Positions 11,143-22,725 of a stretch of 49,552 nt of DNA are shown in pieces (positions within the stretch are counted from its first letter, which is position 1; each line of letters starts with the position of its first letter). The DNA is taken from the NCBI GenBank assembly GCA_010015585.1, contig ML975172.1, one strand, 5' to 3'. The translations under genes and the position numbers were made by a program. The notes under the pieces were generated by a model. The model had not been told where the DNA came from and did no database searches. It worked only from the letters and a program-made list of their open reading frames with translations. The DNA comes from Eremomyces bilateralis CBS 781.70. Its lineage: Eukaryota.

Positions 11143-12077
11143 ATGTCTGGGAACGGAAGATTGGCCGGGAAGGTCGCGATTGTCACAGGGTTTGGATTCC
11201 TGAGATCTTTCGAATATGCCGGACTTGTTTCTAACCGGTTGACAGAGGCGCAAGCGGATTCGGAGCCGCCATCACAACATTGTTCGCCCAAGAAGGCTGC
11301 AATGTCCTCCTTTGCGATTTGAACGAAGAGCTGGCACATACCGTTGCCAAGCCGTATGCAGAATCTAAGCAGGTCCAGGTCTGCCACATGGACGTCACGA
11401 AGGAAGAGGCGTGGACCAGAGCTGTGAAGGCTTGCCTAGACAATTGGGGGGGAATTGATATTCTGGTCAACAATGCCGGGACAAGCTATAGGAACAAGGT
11501 ACATCGTTAAACACGCCCACAATATCTCCTTGTTACTGACAGGAGACCAGCCCACGCTAGACGTCACCGAAGCGGAATTCGACCTCGTCTTCAAGGTTAA
11601 CGTAAAGAGCATCTTCTGGTCCGTCAAAACCGTCGTCCCACAATTCAAGAAACAAGGCCGCGGCGGAAGCATCATCAACATCTCCAGCATTGGTGCCGCC
11701 CGCCCACGTCCCGGTCTTGTCTACTACAACGCCACGAAAGGCGCCGTCTCCAACGTACGTCGTTCCCTTCCTCACACCTACCCGAAACCCCCGCTGATAT
11801 CTCTATCTAGGCTACCAACGGTCTTGCGTCTGAGTTTGGCGCTGATCAAATTCGTGTGAACGATATCCGCCCCCTGCTCTCCGGGACCGGCCTCTTCGAG
11901 AGCTTCGTCGGCGTCCCCGACACGCCGGAGAATCGGGAGAAGTTCACAGGGCAGGTGCCGATGGGGAGGCTTACCGATCCTTTGGACATCGCGAAAGGGG
12001 CTTTGTTCTTCGCGAGCGATGATAGCAAGTTCGTCACGGGTGACTCGCTGGTGATTGATGGTGGAAAAAGCATCTAG
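11143..12077 (+). CDS. Classical short-chain dehydrogenase/reductase (FabG-like), 4 exons (introns 11190-11245, 11499-11550, 11755-11810)
   Basis: RLAGKVAIVTG|GASGFG (TGxxxGxG), DILVNNAG, INISS, the YxxxK motif YNATKGAV, and FVTGDSLVIDGG. Confidence 0.93.
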
Positions 12078-12401
12078 GTTCTCCGGCGTGGTTGGAGAGG
12101 CCGTCCCGTCGTGATTTGGATAAAATCTATGATTCCCACGATCTCTGTATAATAACTTGAATTATAAGGCTTATGGTGGCACTACCACTTTCATATATGA
12201 TCCCGTAGCAATACCTGCCGTGAGTATAATTTTCTCCGACGTTGTTCCACTCTCGCCAAACGCCCATGCCTCTCTCTCTATTATGTGACGTATGTGGGGT
12301 GATCCATGTCCCTCACCCACCCTCCACCTCCCACCGCATCTCTCCCATCCCAACTCCGGCATTCCACGCGCAATGGCCCCGGACGCCATTACATCGCCAA
12401 A

Positions 12402-15359
12402 ATGCCGGGCATAGTGCGCCGGATGCTGGTCCTCGCCGCCATCGACGGCCTGGTCCTCCAACCCATCCCGCCGAGGAACCAGAAGCCCGCCACCGAGCCT
12501 GCCATCACTGTCGGTTACCGGACGAATGTGATCCAGCCGCTACAGCATGAGCGGCGCGAGGAGGCGAAGCTGTCGTCGTCGTTTGAAGCGCATGGGGTGG
12601 TTGGTACGTCAAGCGGGACAAATCCCCCCAAAAAGATTGAATACGCTGACTCTGTACCCCAGGCCTGCTCAAGTTCGCCAGCTCTTCCTTCCTCGTCCTG
12701 ATCTCCGCCCGCGACCAAGTCGCCCAAATCCACGGAACCCCCATCTTCACCCTCACCGACGTCGCCGTGATCCCCCTCTCCTCCCAACACGACGCAGAAA
12801 CAGCGATCGCACACATCCGCGCGACGCAGCAGCATACAGGTACAGATGAGGATGGAGAAGATACGGCGTCGGAGACGGAGACGATTCTGAGCGAGGAGTC
12901 GATGCCGACGCCGGAGCGGGAGGGGCTGCGGGAGGGGAAAGGGGGTGCGAGTGAGGTGGTGGAGGATGTGTTTGGGCGGAGGGGGATGTATGGGCGGTTT
13001 GCGGAGCGGTGGTTTTCGAGGAGGTGGCGGGTGGAGCCGGAGGTTGCGCCGGAGACAAGGGACGAGATGGAGTTGGAGGAGTTGAGGAAGAGGGAGGCGA
13101 GGGATGAAGCTGGTGAGCGGGGCTTGGAGACACCGCTGGACGAGACGGCTGCGGAGGAGGTAAATCGACCCGAGACTCCCGAGGCGGTGACGGGGGACGA
13201 AGACATAGACGAGCCGTTGCTGCCAAAGGTTTTGAAGGTTGCGAAATTGCTGTTCACGTCGAGGAGTTTCTACTTCTCGTATGACTACGACTTGTCAAGA
13301 ACGGTTACGGAGCAAGATACAGAACCGGATTCGGTGCCGTTAAGTCGAAGATTCAATTCATTGGTAAGTGCTCGTCATCTTTATCATGCACTGGATCTAA
13401 CTCAGGCAGTATTTCTGGAACCGTCATATTACGGATCCTTTTATGGAAGCCGGACAGCATAGCTTCGTCCTCCCTCTTCTACAAGGATTCGTTGGGCAGC
13501 GCGAGTTCGAGGTGGAAGTATCGCCGACCAGCAAGGAGGGGGCGATTGTCAGTGCATCCAAACCGGAAGGGGAAGATGAAGGGACAATAGAGAGCGCCGA
13601 ATCTCCAGGCGACCCCCAGCCAAGCCGTAAGCAGTATCTCTTAACCTTAGTCTCCCGTCGATCCGTCAAACGATCCGGCCTGCGATATCTGCGCCGCGGC
13701 GTCGACGAGGACGGAAACACCGCAAACAGCGTCGAGACCGAGCAGATCTTCTCCTCCTGCGACTGGGACGACCACGACACGAAGATCCATTCCTTCGTCC
13801 AGTGCCGCGGAAGCATCCCGCTCTTCTTCTCGCAAACACCGTACAGCTTCAAGCCGATCCCCGCCTTCTTCGGGTCGCCGGAGACGAACCGCGCGGCGTT
13901 CCGGCTGCATTTCTCGTCGTTGATTGAGCGGTACGGTAGGATTCAGGCGGTTTCGTTGGTGGATAAGAAGGCGACGGAGCGAAAGATTGGGCAGGAGTTT
14001 GAAGATTACGCGAACGAGGTCATCGATAGTGGAGTGCTAGGAGAGGGAAAGCTGGGTTTTCTATGGTTTGACTTCCATCATGCCTGTCGAGGGATGAAGT
14101 TCGAGAACGTCTCGGTCTTGCTCGACAGCATTTCTCCGTTCCTGGAATCCACAGCCTGGTCCATCCAAGAAGGGGACCGCCTCATACAACGACAGTCAGG
14201 CGTCCTCCGAACAAACTGCATGGACTGCCTCGACCGCACGAACGTCGTGCAATCCGCCTGTGGTCGAGATGTCCTGGAAAAACAGCTCGCTACATGTAAT
14301 GTCTTGATCAACCTTCACACTGATCCCAGCACATCATGGTTTAACACCCTTTGGGCCGACAACGGAGACGCCATATCTGCACAGTATGCAGGCACCGCCG
14401 CTCTCAAGGGTGACTACACGCGAACAAGAAAGCGGAATATCAGCGGCGCTCTGAATGACTTCCGGCTTACCTTGAATCGGTATTACAACAACATCGTCAA
14501 CGACTACCTCGCGCAGGCCGTCATTGATTACCTTCTCGGCCGCGCGTCCGCCCAGGTCTTCGTGGACTTCGAGGCCGAGATGATGTCCCAAGACTACGCG
14601 GTGGATTTGAAAAAAATGCGACAAGGCGCCATCGACAACTGCCTCCAGATCGCCGTCGAAGATGCGCGGGAGGAGTTCATCGCTGGCTACGCGCTGACGT
14701 CGCCACGGAGGCCATCCACTCTCAAGTCGCTCCCGTTCGAAGAATGCGTGCTGCTTTTGACGGGAAGCGCGCTGTACCTGTGTCGATTCGACTGGAACAC
14801 GGAGAAGCTGCGGGAATTCGAGCGCGTCGAGCTGGAGGACGTCATTGACATCACCCGCGGAGTGTACATCACGTCTACGTTGGCGCCCAAGCATTTAGAC
14901 GAGACAAAAAACATCGGAATCGTCATCCGATACGTCAGCAAAGGGCCACGAATGGTGCGGACGAATACCAGGAGCCTGGGAAACAAGCAGAAAGAAGGAG
15001 AGGTGACTCCTGAGGAAGGGGAGGACGATACGGTTGTGCACCAGCCGACGTCTCAGGAGACCAAGTTCTGGGCACTGAAAGCCGGTCAGCCGGTCTCGAC
15101 TTTGAAGAGCATACATAGCGACGCCACCGCGCTGAATGAGCGGGAGATTCTCGACCGCATATGTCAGGATGTGAAGCAGGCGGTCGACTCTCATCGCCAG
15201 CCCGCATCCGAGACAGAAGCGGAGCCTGGAAAGGAAGCATGGCGGAGGGAGCCGCTCACGGTGGAGGAGGACGACATTATCTCTGTTGCAGAGGCGAAGA
15301 AGAGCACGGGATTGCTTGAACAGATGACATATAACTTGAAGCGGCTGGTCTGGACCTAG
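12402..15359 (+). CDS. SacI-domain phosphoinositide phosphatase, Sac2/INPP5F-like (introns 12604-12662, 13364-13409)
   Basis: FYFSYDYDLS, YFWN, SRRSVKRSGLRYLRRGVD, NSVETEQI, RGSIPLFF and the catalytic CX5R motif RTNCMDCLDRTN. Also WADNGDAIS and a C-terminal hSac2-like region. Confidence 0.93.
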
Positions 15360-15690
15360 GGAAGGTATATAGCGAGGTGTTGGTCCGGGTGCAGGGTGGG
15401 TAGATAATGTGTGTGCAGCACGAGCGGAATATGCGAATTAATACTTCTCTGAAAGGTCCAGAAGAAGGGTTTCATAGATACCAGCTAATAGGTTCACCCG
15501 CCTTGAATATTATGGCTTTGAATTGATTGTTGGGAGAGTTTGGGATGTAAATCGTCCAAGCGATATTCGATGTCGGAGCTTGAGATATTAAACTCCGATG
15601 GCCGTCAAAAGATCTGAACTCCAGGACTTCTTCAACTTTATCCCCCATTCTCCATCCTCTCACCCACCTCATCCACCCAATTCCTCCGTA

Positions 15691-16843
15691 ATGAATCCCG
15701 TCCGCTCCATCACCCACCGAAGCGGAAGTCTCTCGCGACTCGCCCAAATCCAACAATGGCGATGTCTCCATAGCTCGGACAGATGGTCCGCCACGCCCAT
15801 CTCGCACCTCGTCGCGCCCGTCCCACCCCCCGAAGCACCGCAGGCGACCCGAACCCCGGCTGAAGAACGGTTGGATGCGAAGAGGAAGCGGGCGGAGTTG
15901 TTGGAGAGGGGCCGGGAGGCGCGAGTCAACCCTGCGAAGCCGGGGACGGCGCTGCAGAAGCGGTTTTGGAAGACGGTGTCAGTGAAGGAGACAAATGGTA
16001 TGGATAAACTCAGGTTTTTATTTAAGATTACAGAGGCTGATAAATTTTCCAGAGGGTCTACAGGTAATGCTGGACCACCGCCCGGTCCGAACCGCAAAGA
16101 CACGCGTCGTCGTCGTCCCGCATTCGAAACCACAACTCGCGACTGCGATTGCGCTCGAATGGGATCAATTGGTCAGCGCGCAGCAGGCGCTCAAGCACCA
16201 CTACATCCCCTTGACATCGCTCTTCTCCCGCGCCGTCGACATACAAGAGGCCGATGCGCAGAACCTCCCGAAGCTCCGCAACGACATCGTGAAAATGGCG
16301 CTGGGCTATCTCAGCACCGACACGCTCCTCTGCTGGGCGCCCGAACGCAGCATCCACGAGCCAGAAAACGCGGATGAAAAACCCCGCTCACTACGGAGTA
16401 TGCAGCGACAGATCGCGGAGCCGATCGTCGGATATCTCACTGCGACGGTCTGGCCTGGCATCGAGCTGAAACCCACCTTGGAGCCCGACTCCATCCTCCC
16501 TATACCCCAGCCGACACTAACCACGGAGGTGATCCGCGGATGGGTGTCTGGACTGCCTGCGTTTGAGCTCGCGGGTCTCGAGCGAGGGATCCTCGCGAGT
16601 AAGAGCCTGCTGGTCGCCGCGCGGCTGGTGGCGGAGTGGAGCCAGGAACTGGGGCTGGCGAAAGGGAAGGCGGGAAGGGAGAGGTTTGGGATCGAGGAGG
16701 CGGCGGAGGCGGCGAGTGTGGAGGTGAAGTGGCAGACGGATAATTGGGGGGAGGTGGAGGATACGCATGATGTGGAGAAGGAGGACTTAAGGAGGCAGTT
16801 GGGGAGTGTTATATTGCTTGTGAATGGGAGCAAGGGGAGCTAG
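15691..16843 (+). CDS. ATP12: Mitochondrial F1-ATPase assembly chaperone Atp12 (intron 15998-16052)
   Basis: Arg/Ser-rich presequence, then KRFWKTVSV, LDHRPVRT, AIALEW, YLSTDTLLCW and EVKWQTDNWGEVEDTHDV. Confidence 0.95.
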
Positions 16844-17475
16844 AGGGGTTTCGGATAGCTGCGGCAGATATACGGACCTTAATCATTGATGGAATGTTAG
16901 GACTACATGTATTATAGATAGACCAAATGAAGCGAGACGCTCACATATCTTACCGGTTTTCCTTGGAGGGGCCATGGACGCGAATATACCGGTAATGTAG
17001 GTCCAACGATCCATTGTTATATGTATGCCCATTCAACCGAAAGCCATTGGGCGGCTGATAGGATAAAAGCACCATACTCCGTATTAATAATGTAGTAGCC
17101 GTATGCAATATTACCTAACCCTTCCAACCTATCGATATCTCACCGCCGTTAAGCTCAGCTGTTGCTCTGGCCACCATGATGGAACACCTTTAATAATGCT
17201 ATTCCTGGTGTATCCCCTGTCCTTGTAATTGCACGACACCTATGACGGAATAGGAACTTTCTCCACCTCCTCTCCTCACCTGGTGATAAGTAATGTACTG
17301 AATACCGTCCGTTATTCAACTTTCTCCATCATTCTTCCCGATATAATTATTTGTCACCCCCCAGAGCGGCGCAAGCGGTCCAATTCTTGGGCCGTGAGAT
17401 CTATCATTTGGGTATACGCCGTAATAGAATCGTGTGCCCGCTACGGACCCTAATACCGACCCCAGACGTCACCAA

Positions 17476-20400
17476 ATGGAGGGCCATAAGCGCTCGAAAT
17501 CCGCCATTGCGAAATCGCTCTTGCAGCGAGTCTCCAGCAGGCAGGATGTCACGAAGCTCGACTCGGAGACGAACTCATCTCTCTCCGCGACTCCCTCCAA
17601 CACCTCGGTCAATTCACCCGGCACCCCCGACCACCGCGATCTCTCTCGACACACCTCTCGCCAGCAAGCACCCGCGATGTCGAACGTACCGCCGTCTTCC
17701 CACGCTCCTCAGACATCCCCGCAGCCGTCTGGTGCCTCGATCGAGCAGTCCGTGCGGCTTTTCCGCGTCTTCGAGGCGCTGAGAAGCGGGGAAACGGACG
17801 CGATTGTGAAGGCGATCAAGGAACATTCCGCCGCCGAGAAGGACGAGAGCAAAGGCGGCGCGAAGGTGGAGGTGGCATCGATTCTTCATCTGGCGATACA
17901 ATGCGCGGAGGTACAAGTCATCGAGTTCCTACTACAGAACTACGTCGGACCCGACACCGAGAGCAAGTTGGACGTGAACGCGCGAGACCACGATGGAAAC
18001 ACGCCGTTGCATATCGCCGCGACGCTGGGCCGCGCTGCAGTCGTCAATCTGCTCCTCGAGCGGGGCGATGTCAACGATTCGATGCTGAACCACAGCGGGC
18101 AGGCTCCGCTTGACCTCGCCCGCAGCCCGGAGATCTTCCAGCAACTACAGCTGTTCCGATCGTTGTTCATCGACGCCGCGTCAAAGAGGCTGAAGGAGTT
18201 GGTAGCCGCGGGTGATTATCAGGGGATCGAAGCGATGTTGGCGGAGCCGAGGATCAAAGCCACGCTAGATGTCAATAGCGAGGAGCTAGCGAAGGACCCG
18301 ACAACGGTGGAAACGGGCGGGACGTTGCTCCATGAAGCGGCGCGGAAGAAGGATATCAAACTGATACAGATCCTGTTGCTTAACGGGGCTGATCCGTTCC
18401 GAAGGGATCGGAAAGGCAAGCTACCGCAGGGTGTCACGAACGACGACAGGACGAAAAGCATCATCAAGAAGTCTCCTGCTGCCGCTGCTGCACAGCGAGG
18501 GATTCAAGAGAGGACCATTCTTGGGGGGACGGCTGGCCTAGGACCTGGTGGACCGTCACCAGAGACGGTACTAGGAAGCAAAGAAGCACGTGAGATGAAG
18601 GGCTATCTGAAGAAGTGGACGAATTACACTTCTGGCTGGAAGCTGAGATGGTTTGTCCTCGAAGATGGAGTGCTGAGCTACTACAAGCACCAAGATGACA
18701 CCGGCTCCGCATGCCGTGGCGCGATCAACATGCGAATTGCAAAGCTGCATATGGACCCGCAGGACAAGCTGCGGTTCGAAATCCACGGCAAGTCATCGGT
18801 CAAGTATCACCTTCGAGCAAACCACCAGGTGGAGGCCAAGCGGTGGTATTGGGCGCTGAATAACGCGATCCAATGGTCAAAGGACGAGGCACGAGAAGAG
18901 GCGAAGCGTCTAAAGGAACCAGAGTCGATAAGGCACCCGTTGCCTCGACCAAGTAGGGAAATTGATATTGCCAGTGTGCAGAGCTCGCGAGCTGGCACCA
19001 GAGGACCGTCCACCAGCAATTTAGGTCTTCCAGGCCCTAGTAGTGAGTTTTGCTGAATGTGTGGCGCTCATTGCAACCTCTAACAGGTTATAGGTCGAAC
19101 AAGCACCGCAGGTGAAGAAGAAGATGCAACTGGCTCAGTGAACGAGCCTAGCATGGCCGGAAGAGAGAATGGAAAGTCGAGTCTACCCGTCGTCCGCCTC
19201 GAGGACGACCGGGACGACGACGACGAGGACTATGGCGACGATGCTAGCAGCAACGAACTGCAACTCCATAACCGGGACGCCTTCAACATAACCGCACAGT
19301 CCGCCAAACTTCATTTGGATTTGCTTGCCCAAGTATCCACCGCGCTCCAGAACGAGCGAAATAACAACCCTTGGACGCAGCTCTCCGATCCAGTGGTGGG
19401 CCAAGGCCTCGCTTCCTACGAAGCCGCCGTCGGGAACCTCAAGAGCCTCATCGGGGACCTCCTCCGCATCGGCAGAGACCGCGAATCCTACTGGCAGTAC
19501 CGTCTGGAACAAGAAGGCAACGTGCGCCGCATGTGGGAAGAAAGCATGACGCGCGTCGCAAAGGAGCAAGAAGCGCTCGAAAGCATGATCGGCGTATCCG
19601 AAGACAAGCGCAAGCGCACCAAACGTGCGCTTCGCGATGCGTTGGAGGGATTGTCCGTCGCGGATAGTATCCCGCACAGCCCTCAACGCCGATCGACCGA
19701 GTTCTTCGATACGACGGAGATCCCGAAGACGGAGGCGAATGGGTCGGCGTTGAAAGCAGCGATGCTGGCCGAACCGCGTCGGAAGTCGACATTGGCGGAT
19801 ATGACGGTGTTGTCGGAGAGCGAGTCGGACGACGAGGAGGAGTTCTTCGACGCGATTGGCGCCGGGGAGATGCAGGTGGTGGAGCTGCCGATGAGCCCGC
19901 AGCAGAAACAGATGGAGCTGCCGAAGACGCCGGAGGTGTCGTATGAGCGGACGACGGGGGAGCTGTTGGCGTCGTTTAAGGGGTATGAGGATCCGGTTCG
20001 GGAGCGGTTGGCGATGGATGCGGATGATCGGCCGAAGATATCGCTTTGGGTACGTGTGGACCTTTCTTGGGAGATTCAAGCTGACCTCTGGAATACAGGG
20101 CATTCTCAAATCTATGATTGGAAAAGATATGACGAAAATGACACTGCCGGTCTCGTTTAACGAGCCGACCTCTCTCCTTCAGCGCGTGGCGGAGGATATG
20201 GAGTACACCGACTTGTTGGATATTGCTGCCGATTGCGCCGACCCGACCGAACGGATGGTGTACGTCGCTGCATTCGCTGCGAGTGAGTACGCTTCCACGA
20301 TCGGGCGTGTCGCGAAGCCTTTCAATCCTCTCCTTGGTGAGACTTTTGAATATGCTCGTCCGGATAAAGGCTACCGGTTCTTCATCGAGCAAGTCAGTCA

Positions 20401-21321
20401 TCATCCTCCGATTGGCGCCGCATACGCCGAGTCACCGAAATGGGATTATTGGGTAAGTCACCACTATTGTATTCGCTTGCTACGAAACTCACAACCCACC
20501 AGGGCGAATCCGCCGTCAAGTCCAAATTCTACGGCAAATCCTTCGATGTCAACCCCCTCGGCACCTGGTTCCTCCGCCTCCGCCCCCGCAACGCCCCCCC
20601 GGAACTCTACACTTGGAAGAAAGTCACCTCCTCCGTTATCGGTATTATCACTGGTAACCCCAACGTCGACAACTACGGCCCCATGCACGTCCGCAACTGG
20701 ACCACCGGCGAAGTCTGCAACCTCGACTTCAAGGCCCGCGGCTGGAAAGCCTCGTCAGCCCATCAAGTCGGCGGGAAGGTGCTCGACGCCGACGGAAAAC
20801 CGCGCTGGACGATCGCAGGCCGCTGGAACGATAAGATCTACGCCAAGGTCGCATCGAGCAACGACGATGACGCATCGCTGCCGGTGGGCGAGGTGGAGCG
20901 ACGCCTTGAGAGCGCGGCGTCGCGTTCCCCGTCGCAGGCGTTCCTGGTCTGGCAATGCCACGGGAGGCCCACCGACATCCCGTTCAACCTGACGCCGTTC
21001 GTGGTGACGCTGAACGCCCTCCCCGACGCGCTGCGCCCGCACCTCGCGCCGACGGACACGCGGCTGCGACCGGACCAGCGGGCGATGGAGGATGGGGAGT
21101 ACGACTTCGCGGCGACGGAGAAGAATCGGCTGGAGGAGAAGCAACGGGCGAAGCGACGGGAGCGGGACGAGGCGGGGGAGGAGTTCGTCCCCCGGTGGTT
21201 TCGGAAGGGGCGGTCGGAGGAGACGGGGGAGACGTATTGGGTGTTTAACGGGGAGTATTGGAAGATGCGGGAGACGGGGAAATGGGAGGGGTTGGAGGAT
21301 ATCTTTTCTGAAGCGGAATGA
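17476..21321 (+). CDS. OSH1: Oxysterol-binding protein, Osh1/Osh2 type (ankyrin-PH-FFAT-ORD; introns 19043-19093, 20050-20098, 20453-20502)
   Basis: Ankyrin repeats ([17 protein letters not shown]), PH domain ([21 protein letters not shown]), FFAT motif DDEEEFFDA, and ORD signatures [27 protein letters not shown] and PTDTRLRPD. The exact start codon is uncertain. Confidence 0.95.
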
Positions 21322-21448
21322 GCGGGACGAAGTAACAAGGATGAATGAGGGGAGATGGTTAATTAGGTATGCTCTGTGGCCAATTCTATGCGCATTTCTA
21401 CATCCCGAGGATCCGTCTTTCACGACCTGTCCCCTCCTCTTCAATACA

Positions 21449-22132
21449 TCACCTCGTCCCCTCTTCCATCAACCACTTCGTCCCCCCTTCTACCAACCCC
21501 GCCGCAATAATCTCATGCGTCCACCTCCCCACCTTCCCCTCCAACACCACCGCTTTCCCCCCCTTCTCCCTCCACATCACCGTATCATTCACAAACACCG
21601 TCTGCTCCCCCTCCTCCCGGATCTCCACCGCCAACAATCCCGTTACCGCCGGCCCCCGATAACTCCGCGGCGGATCGAACAGCATCTCGACTTTGCTGTC
21701 CGTGCGCGTGATGACGCGGTACACGCCGTTCACCAGATCGCCGATCTCGTAGTTGAGCGAGGTGAGGTACGGCGCGCTGAAGGTCTTCCGCACGCCGACG
21801 TCGCTGATCGCGAAATACAGCATCCACGCCGGCGGGTATCGCGAGAAGGCGACCATGTTGTGGCGGAGGTAGGTGGTCAGGATGGCGCGCGGGTCAGGGT
21901 AGCGTGGGAGGGCAGGGGTGGGGACGACTTTGGTGGCGCGCTCGTGCATGATGAGGTGGGTGGAGCCGTCGCGAGGGATGGAGGCGGGGAGGGAGAGGGA
22001 GGGGGATTGGAGGTGTGGGGTGGTGTGGCAGTGGACATTTTTGGTGAGGGAGGAGTGGAGATGGTGGAGGTAGAGGGCGGTGGTGGCGAGGGGGAGGGTG
22101 GTGAGAGTGAGGTAGAGGAAGGGGGAGGGCAT
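21449..22132 (-). CDS. Hypothetical protein, 227 aa, with a hydrophobic N-terminal anchor
   Basis: Intact ATG-to-TGA ORF with a CCACCATG context and this genome's coding-type synonymous pattern. It is convergent with the OSBP gene. No family was recognised. Confidence 0.75.
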   Translation of the reverse strand: MPSPFLYLTLTTLPLATTALYLHHLHSSLTKNVHCHTTPHLQSPSLSLPASIPRDGSTHLIMHERATKVVPTPALPRYPDPRAILTTYLRHNMVAFSRYPPAWMLYFAISDVGVRKTFSAPYLTSLNYEIGDLVNGVYRVITRTDSKVEMLFDPPRSYRGPAVTGLLAVEIREEGEQTVFVNDTVMWREKGGKAVVLEGKVGRWTHEIIAAGLVEGGTKWLMEEGTR

Positions 22133-22725
22133 GGTGGTGGTGGGGGATGGAGCTAGGAAATTATATTGGACTTTGGAGGGACAGAATACTCTATGGGAAG
22201 TATTAGGAGGTCAATTGGCCTTTTATGAAGTGGCGATGCGCGTTAATGAGGTCTCGGCATCGCGCTTGAATACGAGGATGGCCCGATTATGCTCGTATTC
22301 AGGACTTTGCTCCGATTTGTTGATTCCTCCGCAATGGAGGGCTTAAGAGATATTTTCGAGGCTCCAGAACGCAAGGAGCTACCATGCCGTGCATCAAATA
22401 TGTATTTTCTAAGAGAGACTCGAGAGACCAAAACCGTGAGGTAAGGTATCATTGTCCCTGGTCACAGTGCGCGTTTTGACGAATCTATATGTACAGCTCA
22501 GAGCATGGAAGACGAACCACCCGAACTGTAGGAATGCGTGAATTTCTACATCATTGAGAATACTTCTAATGTCGCGATGCAGTCAGTGTATTCATTCCAC
22601 TGATCGATATCCCGTGATCTATAGCATGGGTATACCGCTCGTCCGATGTTCAAACCCACCATCAAGGGAAGTCAAGTAAAGCGCAGTGCATCATCCGTAA
22701 CGTCGTCCAACCCCACGAAGGCACC

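Noticed and set aside
19183..22156. Long antisense or alternative-frame ORFs (e.g. 19183-20109, 20755-21444, 21092-22156; also 39344-40300)
   Set aside because: These are shadow ORFs of GC3-rich real genes, with low-complexity Arg/Pro/Gly translations.
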